Shown here: positions 9,974 to 22,879 of the stretch, in pieces
How the letters are laid out: every line of letters starts with the position of its first letter
Numbering within the stretch: position 1 is the stretch's first letter
The notes under the pieces: model-generated
The model's database searches: none
The model's input: the letters and a program-made list of their open reading frames with translations, nothing else
What the model was told of the DNA's origin: nothing
Source of the DNA: Elsinoe ampelina
Lineage: Eukaryota
Reading direction: 5' to 3'
Assembly (NCBI GenBank): GCA_010093995.1
Contig: ML992505.1
Span: 1,133,147-1,197,146 of the forward strand
Length of the DNA stretch: 64,000 nt
Made by a program: the position numbers and the translations under genes

Positions 9974-12900
9974 TCAGCCAGGCCCGTCCAAGATACCGCT
10001 CTCCTTCAGGCTCTTGAACAACTCAGGCTCGAGGAATTTGCTGATCGTGACGTCCTCAGCAAGTCCTTTCCTCCTTCGTGTCTTTAGTACAAAGTCTCGT
10101 GCGGTGGCTTGAGCGCTTGCTGGTTCCAGTGGGCGGAGCTTGATACTCTTGTCAAGAGGGTCACCAGGGACAATACTCCAGCGGTCGAAGACTAAGCTGA
10201 CCGTTGCTTGACCTTGGCTGTGCATTCTTAGATCAGTCTCGAAGCCGAAGCTGTCGATGACGGGGATCAGACCCTTGACTGAGTACAAAGGTGTGCCAGC
10301 GATGGGACCGTCCTGCAGCACATGCCCTCTACGTCGGGCCAACACAGTGTAGAACGAGCTGACAGCCGTCGCGGGGCCGATCATGCTGCAGCTGTAGACG
10401 GGCTCCATCAGGCGAGGACTGGCCATCAAGAATGAGCTGTAGGCCGCACGGCGTGAGGTTGGGATGATTTGTCCTCCGCCACGAAAGATGGCTTGCTCTG
10501 CAAGCTGAACATCGGTGATCTTGAATTTCGTGTTGCGAATTGGCTCTTCGCACAGTGGTCCTTCACGGGTAGCCCAGCTGAAGCCTTGACGAATCGTGTC
10601 ACGTACGCTTCGCAGAGTCTTTTGGTCCACTTCTGAGGGGAGCGTATCGTTTTGAAGGATGTTTGGACCCGTATCGTCCGGTCCAAAGGCCCAGATATTC
10701 CGCGAGGCTAGAAGGTCATAGCCGTAGTTCTGCTCGAAGAACTTGCCGACCACCTTGATGGGATCTCTGATCTTGACCTTTCCAGATTCGATATCCTGAG
10801 CAATACCGTCATCCAGCGGCTCAGCGACCATTGTCAGCTTGTTCTTCTTGTTCGGAGTCAGAGCATAACATTGGATGGCGGAGGTCTCGACGACCGTCTC
10901 ACAGAACCGGGTGACCGGATCGGAGACCTTGATGTCCATGTTTGCATAGATCTTGCGCAAATCATGAAGCACGCAATCCATGTAGAGCTCTCCGGTACCA
11001 AGGACGATGTGTTCGCCAGACTCTTCTACCTTGGTCGTGACCAGAGGATATGATTTGTTGATCTTTCGAAGACCGTCGAGCATCTTCGGGAGCTCTGAAG
11101 GATTGACTGGCTCCACAGCAACCTTGAAAACGGACTCGAAGAAATGAGTGATGGGTCGGAAGATGTAGGCCTCTTCCCCAGACGGCAACTCAGGCGCAAC
11201 GAGAGTAGCTGTCTTGACAATGCTGTTGTCAACTCCACCGAGAAGCACGAAATTTCCAGCAGGCACACCCGAGACAGGAATGTGATACCTCGACTCTGCT
11301 ATCCAGGTGTCAGATATAGTCGCATTGACCATGTCTTCCTCGTCTTCGATTGTGTAGCCTTCACCAAGCACTCGTACTTGGTCTCCAGGCTTTGCGGTGC
11401 CGCTCAGAACTCGTCCGAAGGCATTGAAACTGGAAGCGTCCTCGGTAGTGAAGAGTTTCGACACATGTACGACCAGAGGGCCATCTTGATCACATTTGAG
11501 CATTGCTTCTGCCGTCTTTGTGTCCGTAGGTCCGGTGTAGTAGTTCTGGAGCTTTTGCTTTGCTCCTTCGATGGGTGATGGCACATGTGCTACCAGCATA
11601 TCGACCAGTCCCGTCGCAGGGCCGAAGAACTGCTCACATGCCAGCTTGAGTAATTCCTTTGCATTCGATCGGAGCTGTGTAGGTTTGAGATAGATGCCCA
11701 GACTTTCCAGAGTTTCCTTGAGCTCATCCGGCTTTTCCGAAATGGTGTGCGAGAAGAGTTTGTAGATAGGTTCGAGCACAAAATTGACAAAGGACCGCTT
11801 ACTGGATGCGTCGACGCTCTTTCGGGTGAATTTGCGGGTGCTAGGAGTGTAGAAGATGTCGCCCCAAAGTCTTCGGCTGAATTCGGGAACATCGAGAGGT
11901 GAATTTGAATAGGAATCGGCGTAGAGCTGGGCGAAGGATGGCAGCGTGAAGCTCCAACCAAGACTAGTGCACGCGAATGCGACATTGCCCCTTTCCGGGC
12001 TCAGTCTTCGAGATTCTCCCCGACCTGGAATCGTATTCTCGATCACTGTGTTGACTTCTTCAATGACGTGTTTGAGCTTGAAGTAAGCATCTGACGGAGG
12101 CAGTCTGAGTTCCACGATCAGACGGTCCATCTTATTAACGACCAGAACGAGTGGGAGATCTTCCAGTACTGCATGCTTGATGGCCTGTTCCGTAGTCGTT
12201 TGTACGCCTTCAACCACGTCTACCACGAGAACCACGCCGTCAACCAGACGCATTGAAGCGGCCACTTCATCGGCGAAGTTTACATGCCCAGGAGTGTCGA
12301 TCATGTTGATCAATTGTGACTTTCCTTTGGTGCCTTGTAACACCAAGCTCATTGGCGCTGCCTTTGTCGACAATCCGCGTTCCCTCTCCACTACATGTGT
12401 GTCTGTGTATCGTAGCTGCTCGTCTCGTTGGCGTCCTTTGCGATCGTCCAGTCTGTTCGTGATGTCGTGAGTCTGCAGAACGAGCATATCTACGAGTGCA
12501 GTCTTTCCGTGATGCAAATGTCCGACGAGTGCCACATTCCGGACTTGCTCAGGTAAGTTCATAAGATCCGTCATAAAGTCGCGGCTGTAGTAAACAGGGG
12601 GAAGATCTGCCTCCTGTACTGTGTACTTCTTTTGCTCAACCGGCGCAATAATTGGCTGTGCCAAAGACTGTGTGTCTTCCTCCTGCACCAGCGTCTCGAC
12701 ATCCTGACCGTAAACTTGTGACGCGCTGGGGTAGTATTGCTTGTCTTCATGGAGTACCACTGCGTTCGACGGGCCATCTGATTCTTGTAAGCTCAGAACT
12801 AGAGGTTAGCTCGCAAGTTCTTACCATCGACTTCCATCAACTGTTGGTCGTTGACCTCTTCAGCCTCAGCTTCCTCATCATCGTCGAGGTACTGATTGAC

Positions 12901-13029
12901 ATTGGCTGGGGCGGCATCTTCCTCTTCTGACTCGTCGACCTCGCCAATGTAATTACCGAACCTGCACCATGTCAGTCGCGTGGTCCTGAAGGATGGATAG
13001 AGAGCTTACTCGTCATATAGGTTGTCCAT
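9974..13029 (-). CDS. SNU114: U5 snRNP GTPase Snu114/Cwf10 (EFTUD2, EF-2-like)
   Basis: N-terminus MDNLYDEFGNYIGE after splicing introns 12962-13009 and 12778-12824. GHLHHGKT, DTPGHVNF, NKMD and EF-2-like domains present. Confidence 0.97.
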
Positions 13030-13314
13030 GGTGTCGACTGAACGAACGCTGAAGACAACGCTGACCTGATTGCTTGCAGTGACCTCCGAACTTTTGAGGT
13101 CCCGCAGCTTCACCGCCTTTGATCCCGGTCGCGGGCATGACGGAGCGGTCGGTGCTTTCTGCCGAATTGGAGCTCGTACGATCAGAACAATTTCCAGACT
13201 CAAAATTGTTGAGGGGAACACACATAGTTGAGCAATTCCCTCTTCACTTACACTAATACATTCACACAGTCTTCCTGCAATCTTCTATCTCCGCCCTATC
13301 TCACGAACAACAAG

Positions 13315-14703
<1,389 letters not shown>

Positions 14704-15916
14704 GCAGGAGGCAGCAACAGTGGGCTAGAAATTATACCAAGACAAGAGTCGTAATAGCATTCCGTCACGCAAGTATGAATACTATGCAAGCGACGGCACG
14801 AATCGATACAAACCCTGAGCTCATAAGCTCACCTCACAGTTGCTCCCACGCTTTGTGGTTGCTCAGACGAAACCGTTCTGCAAATAAAGATTTCCTGCCG
14901 GCAACGTCGACAACCGGCGCCAGGGTTCCTCGTCAGGTCCAAACGGTACACACTAACGACGATAGCTCAATCTCTGCTTGGCCGAGTCGTCTTCTGGATG
15001 ATGGTCGTGAGACACTTGACTGCCCAGACTGTCGATCTCTAGATTCGCTGGAAGTGGCTTCTCCGAGCAACCAGCTCTTTTGCCTCGGACAAGCCGCTGG
15101 AATGTTCCACATTATCAACCACGACAGGCGAGTAGAAGGGCCCATCAGGCCACGGGTACTTGAACAATCTCCCATGGGCGGCTGTTTTGTTCAGATGGAA
15201 GCGCGGCCGAGGAGGTGAGCTCGCCAATGGGAAAACCCCGGCAAGATCGGCACAGCTGTTCTCTGACCTCACCTCTCACGTCCATAACGCGACGCGACTT
15301 TTCTTTTCCCACTCATCATCATCGAGCGTATCTCGACTATCATCGTTACTTCATCGGGCGGCGGCTGATTAGCACGGAGTCGCCGTAGCAGAACCTGAAG
15401 CACTCACCTGCTGAGATTCTCCATTACATGTGTGTGTGGACCCCTCTCGACTTGCCACACTTCGTGTCTCACAATATTCTGGTACAGATCTTCCAGACAA
15501 GATCCCAGTCCACGGTAGCCACAATGCGGTCCTCTCACTTCCCGTGCTCGTCCTCAGCATATACTATCTCGTGCTTTCCGATCAGGGACCGTTTTGACAA
15601 GGCGGACCGTTGACCAACGACGCGTCGACAGGCCGCCACATCAACGGAGGTCCTCTGCATGGCTATGTCGACTAGCGAAACGGCGCCGGGAACATGTGCT
15701 GCCGCTTCAAGCTGCCAAGGTAGGTGCAGATTCTTTCCCAAGTCTTAGCCTTGTAGATAGTAGCCAGTCCGCCATATCTCACCTTGCAACGAGAAACGGC
15801 ATCGTTCTGGGACCCGACGACCATTTTTTCGGGGAGAGTATATGAGCTGATCTGCCCCTCTCTTTGCTTTGTGAGATCAGACCCTGCATACCATCCTGAA
15901 CCGCAATTCTTTCAAG

Positions 15917-17479
15917 ATGGCTTGCATCTTCTCCCGTTTGTCACTCATTACTCTATTCACCTTTCTTGTCTCTTCATGCTCAGCTGGCTGGGTGTTGAAG
16001 GACGATTATAACCCCTCGAATTTCTTCAGCAAATTCAGCTTTTGGACCGGACCTGATCCGACACATGGTCATGTCAACTATGTGGATCAAGGTACAGCGA
16101 CGGCGAATGGATTGATCAAGCAAAGAAACGGCGGCATCTACATGGGCGTCGATTACACCAACAAAGCTCCCAATGGACGTATGAGTGTCCGTCTGACCAG
16201 TAACGCCAAGTACAATGTTGGCTCCCTTTTGATCCTTGATATCAAGCACATGCCCGTTGGATGCGGAACATGGCCAGCATACTGGACTGTCGGACCCAAT
16301 TGGCCCAACGGCGGTGAGATTGACATCATCGAAGGCGTCCACAACCAAGACCACAACGCCATGACACTCCACACCAGCGAGGGCTGCACCATCAACCAGA
16401 ACCCCCTCATGACCGGCTCCCTCGCCACCTCCAACTGCTACATCAAAGCCCCCGGCCAATGGGACAACCAAGGCTGCTCCGTCGCCGCCCCATCGACCAA
16501 CACCTACGGCAAAGGCCTCAACCAAATCCAAGGCGGCGTCTACGCCGTCGCCTGGCAAAAAGCCCAAATCCGCGTGTGGTTCTTCCCCCGCGGCGCCATC
16601 CCCGCCGACATCAGCGCCGCCAACCCCAAGCCGGCAAACTGGGGCAAACCCCTCTCCATCTTCAGCGGCGGGTGCAACATCCCCCAATTCTTCAAAGACC
16701 ACCAAATCGTCTTCGACACGACCTTCTGCGGCGACTGGGCGGGCAACGTCTGGGGCCAATCCGGATGCCAAACATCGCAATACCCCACCTGCCAATCCTT
16801 CGTGAGCAACAACCCGGGCGCGTTCAAAAACGCCTACTGGCAGATCAACTCGCTGAAAGTCTACACCCAACAACCCAACACCCCTACCACAACAGTAAGC
16901 GTCCCCGTCCTCCCTCCTGTTTCTACCACCCCCGTCTCTGTTGTCCCCGTGGCTACACCCAAGACATCGACGCAGGCTTACGTCCCCGTCCCGACAGGCC
17001 CGCAAGACAACGGCCAAAGCTCCGGCGGCGGCGACCAAGAAGGCGCAGCGGCGCCATCTGCATCCTCATCGTCATCCATGAACGTCATGGTGGGCGCGGA
17101 TGGGAAACTCGTCTTGAGGCCCGCGAAACGAGAGGTGGATGATGCTGATGCGCCTGGGACTGTGGAGGTGGGCTCGGAGGTGTCAGCGACTGCTGCTGTC
17201 CATGCCGAAGCGAGCGTTGAAAACCTCGTGCCGCAGGTGCCGATCCTTCGAAGGCCCAGTGAGGGATTGGAGGAGAGGGAGGCGCCCGTTGAGGAGGGAC
17301 CCGCTGAAGTCGACGCTCCCGGAGAGGACGAGGAGGATGGAGAGGTCGACGAGGCGCTCCTTGCTGTGCTGGCGAGGGAGAAGGCGAGGAAGGGCAGGCA
17401 TCAGCATGGGAGGAGGGGGCAGCATGTGAGGAGGCATGTGAGGAACGTGGGGTTGAGGGAGGGGGTTTGGTTGCATTAG
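15917..17479 (+). CDS. Secreted GH16 endo-1,3(4)-beta-glucanase (fungal laminarinase type) with a low-complexity C-terminal tail
   Basis: Signal peptide, DPTHGHVNYV, GCGTWPAYW, catalytic EIDIIE, FDTTFCGDWAG and AYWQINSLKVY. Confidence 0.92.
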   Translation: MACIFSRLSLITLFTFLVSSCSAGWVLKDDYNPSNFFSKFSFWTGPDPTHGHVNYVDQGTATANGLIKQRNGGIYMGVDYTNKAPNGRMSVRLTSNAKYNVGSLLILDIKHMPVGCGTWPAYWTVGPNWPNGGEIDIIEGVHNQDHNAMTLHTSEGCTINQNPLMTGSLATSNCYIKAPGQWDNQGCSVAAPSTNTYGKGLNQIQGGVYAVAWQKAQIRVWFFPRGAIPADISAANPKPANWGKPLSIFSGGCNIPQFFKDHQIVFDTTFCGDWAGNVWGQSGCQTSQYPTCQSFVSNNPGAFKNAYWQINSLKVYTQQPNTPTTTVSVPVLPPVSTTPVSVVPVATPKTSTQAYVPVPTGPQDNGQSSGGGDQEGAAAPSASSSSSMNVMVGADGKLVLRPAKREVDDADAPGTVEVGSEVSATAAVHAEASVENLVPQVPILRRPSEGLEEREAPVEEGPAEVDAPGEDEEDGEVDEALLAVLAREKARKGRHQHGRRGQHVRRHVRNVGLREGVWLH

Positions 17480-17966
17480 ATTGAGGGGTGGACATTGATG
17501 ATTCAGGGATGGAAAGGGTGGATATGACTTATGGCGGCGAGCGATTTTGGTTTATATACCCGATGGATATAGATTTGGATACCTTGAGCATGAGGATGAG
17601 GATGGGCCCGCTGGTCGGGTTGTCCAGCCGATTTGGAAGAGGAGCTGAAGGGGCACTAGATAGATATATGGTCCGAGGATCGATTAATATATGGTTGAAT
17701 ACCTACTAGGTCTTGCAGAGTTGCCAACTGAGGTAGTGAATAGAACCTTGCGATCATGAGTTGGTGACATGACTGGTTGCAAACCTCGCATGGTAACTGT
17801 AGTCATGGCAGGACAGGTACATAAGGTACACTTCAATGCGTCGACGACCACGATGTCGGTCACAGATTGCCGGCAAAGATTCCGGAGACACTTGTCACTG
17901 ATCTGTCTAGATTTCTCAGAACCTATGGCGGACTATCGGCTTACTCCCCTTACCCCTGAAGCAAAT

Positions 17967-20900
17967 CTATATCTTCAAGCCCTCAAACCACTTGGTCGCC
18001 TCCTCAACCGCCCCATCTACCTTCTGCACCTCAGTCGCCTGTCCAACAGCAGTGGCGCCTTTCCCGCCGGCCTTACCGCCGAGAACCTTCCCCACCGCAC
18101 CAGCCCAAGCAGCAGCGTCAACCTTACTCTTCTCCCGGGCATCGGCGGCCATGTAGCATCCGTGAACGACTCTGCCTTCCTCGCCCTCACCTTCAGCCAG
18201 CACGACGTAGACGCTCTTGTCCTTCACCGCGGACTTGGGACCTCCAATGGTCTTGAAGACCTCGGCGATTGTCTTTGAGTTTGCGGAAACCTTGGGAATG
18301 CGGAGAGCGGCGAATTGTGAGGAGGGGTTCTTCTCGAAATGGGATGTGATGGCGTCGATGATGGCCTTGCTTTCTGCCTTTTGCAGAGCTTTGGCCTGAT
18401 TCAAATTCGCCTGACGATATGGTAAGATGACAGATTAACAAAGTTCACGACGATTCGCACGTACCTTTGTGATTTGCTCGAACTTGGCCCTGAGCTCGTT
18501 CTTGGTAATGGCGGAAATATCGGCCTGGCCCAGCTCGAGGGTAATCTCCCTACATCTCTTCTCCTTCTCCGGACCGTACTGCATCTTCTCGAGAGCAGTT
18601 ATTGTCTTGCCGAGCTCCTCTGCCTGCCGTTGCACTTCATGCGCAAGCTGACCTGTCACACAAATCATGCGGCGAATGCCCTTTGCGATACCACTCTCCT
18701 CAATAATGATCAAGTCCTTGATCTCGCCAGTCTTGTCAACGTGAGTACCACCGCAGAACTCGACGCTGACGTTGCGCCACTCTTTGTTGTCCGGGTCTGA
18801 GAGGAGCTCATCGACTGGTACACCAACAGAGACAACGCGCACAGGGTCGGGGTAGGTCTCGCCGAAAACAGCGCGTACACCATGAATCTTCCTTGCATCA
18901 GAGAGAGGCACATCAAGAGCGTAGACCTGGGAGTTCTGGCGGATATATGAAGTAGACTTCTCTTCAATGGTTCTGAGCTCGGCATCGGTAACGCCAGCCT
19001 TGTGGCTGAAATCGAATCGGAGTTTCTCAGGGGCGACCAGAGAACCCTTCTGATTGATATCCTCGCCAAGAACTTCACGCAGAGCAAAGTTGAGGATGTG
19101 TGTGCCAGTGTGGTTGTTTCGGATTGGATGTCGGCGAAGCTCGTCAAACTCGCAGACGACTGTGTCTGAGGTAGAGAAGCTCCCATACGACATGAAACCA
19201 GTATGGAGAACATAGCCAGCATAGACCTGGACATTGGTAACATTCAGCTCAGCAACGCCGTCGATAACGAGCTTGCCAGTATCGTTCTCCTGCCCACCTT
19301 GCTCCGCGTAGAAATTGGTCCGATCTAGGAGAACACCGACCTGTTGACCCTCTGAAATTTCCTTGGTCGAGTCCAGGAATTTCTTGTTGTGATAGATGGC
19401 AACAATCTTTGCGTCGATGTTGTCACGACCAAACTTTGGTGAATCGTCGGTCTTTGGCACACCGAGTGTCTTCTCGAGGTTGCCCAAATCGTGGACATCC
19501 AGCTTCGGATAGTCTGCAGCGGCCTTCTTCTCGCCTTTGGACGCCTCCTTGGCCTTTTCCTGTGCAGCGGCGACCTCAGCATCGTCGATTGACAGTCCGC
19601 GCTCCTCGGCCATGATTTGCGTAAGATCCGTCGGGAATCCGTAGGTGTCGTAGAGGCGCCAGACATCCGCACCACCGAGCTTCTTTGAGCCAGACTTGTT
19701 GCACTGCTCAGCGTATCGCTCGAACATGGCCTCACCACGATCTAGAGTCTTTGCGAATGAGACCTCTTCCTCATTCAAGATCTCAATGACGTCTTGTTGC
19801 TTCTTCTTGATCTCCGGGAACATGTCACTGATCTCTTCAACAAGTGTCGGGACCAATTTCGAGAAGAAAGTGCCAATCTCGGTGTTGAAATATCTTCGGG
19901 CGTAGCGAGCACCACGTCGGAGCACACGTCTGACCACATAGCCACGTCCGACATTGTTGGGGACACCTCCGTCACTGATAGCAAATGTGAGCAATCTCAG
20001 ATGGTCCGCGACGACACGATACGCCGTATCGATGTTGTCCGGGTCCTCGGCTCCAAACTTGCCCTGATACTCTCTTACGCCTGTGACTTCCTGAATCTTC
20101 TTGAACAGTGGCGTAAAGACATCCGTGTCATAGTTTGAGTACTTGTTCTGTAGGACACTGACTAGCCGCTCGTATCCCATACCGGTATCGATGTGCTTAG
20201 CGGGTAGATTGCGCAGAGAACGATCTGGCTCGCGATTGTACTGGATGAACACCAAATTCCAGATCTCCAAGACATTCGGATCATCCATGTTGACAAGATG
20301 CGCGGCGTTGCGTCCACCACCAATACGGTCGTAATGAATTTCACTGCAGGGACCACATGGACCTTGATCACCCATCTCCCAGAAGTTGTCTTTCATGTTG
20401 CCGGTCAAGATGTGGTCATCAGCGACTCCCATGGCCTTCCAGAGGTCTCGAGCTTCGTTGTCAGGCTCGAGTCCACTTTCAGGGTGGCCTCCGAAGTAGG
20501 TCACGTAGAGACGATCCGGGTCGAGTCCGTAGACCTTTGTGAGGAGTTCCCAGCCCCAGGAAATGGCTTCCTTTTTGAAGTAATCGCCAAATGACCAATT
20601 TCCCAGCATCTCGAAGAAGGTCTAAATAGTGTTAACATGATTGGTGAATCAATTTCATGATCCAACGAACATGGTGGTAGCTGTCCTTCCCAACATCGTC
20701 AAGATCCTGCGCGTGATCAGCTCCAATCCCACCCTTGAAGAAGTTGAACCAACATTGTGCTTGCCTCCAGCACGAATACACTGTCAAATGGTCAGCTTTC
20801 ATTCGAAACTGTGTAGGTCACATGACCAACCTTTTGAGAATTGACGGCTCTCTTGAGCTGCGCAAAGTCGGATTGCGGATCCACTGTCCCTAAGAAGATA

Positions 20901-21266
20901 CTCTTATACTGGTTCATTCCAGCATTGGTGAAGAGCAAAGTAGGATCCGACAATGGCACGACCGACGACGAAGGCACTGTTGTATATCAGCCATAATTCA
21001 GTGTGACTCGACGCCCCCTCGTTCGAGCCAAGCATACCAAAAGTGTGTTGATTCTTCTTGAAATACTCCAAGAAGGTGTTTCTGACCTTTGCAGCAGGCC
21101 ATTGCTGCTCCTGCTCGGTCGGAGTCGCCATGGCGGGTCGTGTGTGGCGAGATCGATATGGCCGCAGTGGTTGTGCTCCAATCCGCAGCGATTTGGAGCT
21201 TCGGAAATTTATAGAAGATGGAGGAACGAGCTGGACCTGACGGACAAGACGTCGACTCCACACCAT
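17967..21266 (-). CDS. ALA1: Alanyl-tRNA synthetase (probably both cytosolic and mitochondrial)
   Basis: [43 protein letters not shown], editing motifs HTGTH and EFCGGTH, C-terminal GGKAGG. About 5 introns. In-frame ATGs at 21266 and 21131. Confidence 0.97.
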
Positions 21267-21457
21267 TCACCTCGATGCAGATTTATCTATCACTCTTCGC
21301 AAACACTCGAGTGATCAAAAATCGCTGCCGTCGAGATAAAACAATGTCACTTGACGTTCTGATCAAAAGTCAAACCCCGCGCTGAAGAAGGGAGAAAGAC
21401 TGAGGTCGCACACACGCTCCTCACTGAGCACGACTCATCTGTCCCCGCCGACCACCC

Positions 21458-22375
21458 ATGGCGACCACACACTTCCCACACGCCCCCATGCCTCTCGCAG
21501 GCACTAAACGCTCTGCTCCCTCCGACCTCGACGACGAGCAGCGCTTCACCAAACGCTTCAACCTCCTCAACCTCATCGACCAGCCCTCACGGCTCTACAT
21601 CCCAGTCCCCTCACAATCGCAACCACAACACCTCTCGCCCAGCCAACAACCCACCCACCTCTCATCCTTCTCCTCCAATGGCCCTCTCCCCTCCAATCTC
21701 CCCTCCTCCTCCTCCGCTCACCCACCCTGCCCCCCAACCCATCCCGCTTCTGAGCCAAACGACACCCCCCTCATGGCAATCGACGAAACCCCCTCACGGA
21801 TCTACATCCACGACCTCGACGCCGAACTCACCTCCCTCCCGCCCGACGTCAACACCCCCCAACTCATCTTCCTCCCGGACATCGAGCGCCAACTCTCGCG
21901 CGTATCCCCGTTTCTCCTCCGCCCATCCCCAGCGGAAGAAAACAAGGGGAAAGAGCTGGTGCTGTACTCCTCTGGCACCGGGGCGGACACGAACGCCAGG
22001 CCAGGGGAAGGGGGACGGGGAGGGGCAGGCGGTGTGCAAGAGTCGGGAACAATGGGAGGGATGGCAGGGATACGTGGAATGTCAGGGCTAGAAGGGACTA
22101 ATGGGGTAGGAGGGCGAGCAGGAGGGGTCGATGTCGTCCAGCTTGCTATCGAGGAGACGAAGAGGCGGAAGAGAGAGGAGGTGCTGGCGCGGACTCAGCA
22201 GGTATACAGGACAGAAGGGACGGAAACGGCGCATGGGTTTGGGGAGGGGGAGTGGGGACCCTTGGGAGGAGAGGGGAGAGGGGAGGATGGAGGGGAGGCG
22301 AGGAGGATGGGGTGGGGGGAGATTGAGGATCTGGAGGAAGGGGATGGGGATGGGGATGCGATGGATATCGGCTAG
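21458..22375 (+). CDS. Hypothetical protein, probably a conserved fungal family
   Basis: Intact 305-aa ORF with motif-like islands (KRFNLLNL, IYIHDLDAEL, LIFLPDIE, KELVLY) in low-complexity sequence. Confidence 0.7.
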   Translation: MATTHFPHAPMPLAGTKRSAPSDLDDEQRFTKRFNLLNLIDQPSRLYIPVPSQSQPQHLSPSQQPTHLSSFSSNGPLPSNLPSSSSAHPPCPPTHPASEPNDTPLMAIDETPSRIYIHDLDAELTSLPPDVNTPQLIFLPDIERQLSRVSPFLLRPSPAEENKGKELVLYSSGTGADTNARPGEGGRGGAGGVQESGTMGGMAGIRGMSGLEGTNGVGGRAGGVDVVQLAIEETKRRKREEVLARTQQVYRTEGTETAHGFGEGEWGPLGGEGRGEDGGEARRMGWGEIEDLEEGDGDGDAMDIG

Positions 22376-22879
22376 GGAAGTTGCCTGCAGAGGAGGAGAT
22401 GATTGCTGCGGACATTTACATTTAGCAAGGCGTCTGGGATTTGGGAGAATTACGGGCACATAAGCAATGACAAGGACGAGCTTGTGGACAGGACCACCCG
22501 ATCACGTCTCGCCCTGCTACAGGAGCGACGAGAACAATGGGACGCTCACGGACCAGGCGACATACTCGAGATGATACCAACGAGTCAAGAACACTTCAGA
22601 CGATTCATCCATACCACATAAAGCTACAAAGTTCCCTCTCCCAGCATCTGCGTGTCTGTGTAGTATACAATAGAAACTGCTCCCAGCTCAGTCGTGAGCG
22701 AGCATTGAGACCACAATCCTTGCTTCCCTCATTGTCGCTTCGAATGCACACGTGCTCATATCCATGCTTCCCATCCTTTGCACGCGAAACCAGAGGAATA
22801 CTCATCCCTTGCCGTCCTTCCTCTCGACTGAGATCCGCTCCGGCTACCCCGTTCATCGCCTTCACCATTGATAGTCTCC

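Noticed and set aside
8380..13029. Functional link between the intron-rich tRNA and the neighbouring spliceosome gene SNU114
   Set aside because: Only proximity (~1.4 kb) supports it; probably coincidence.
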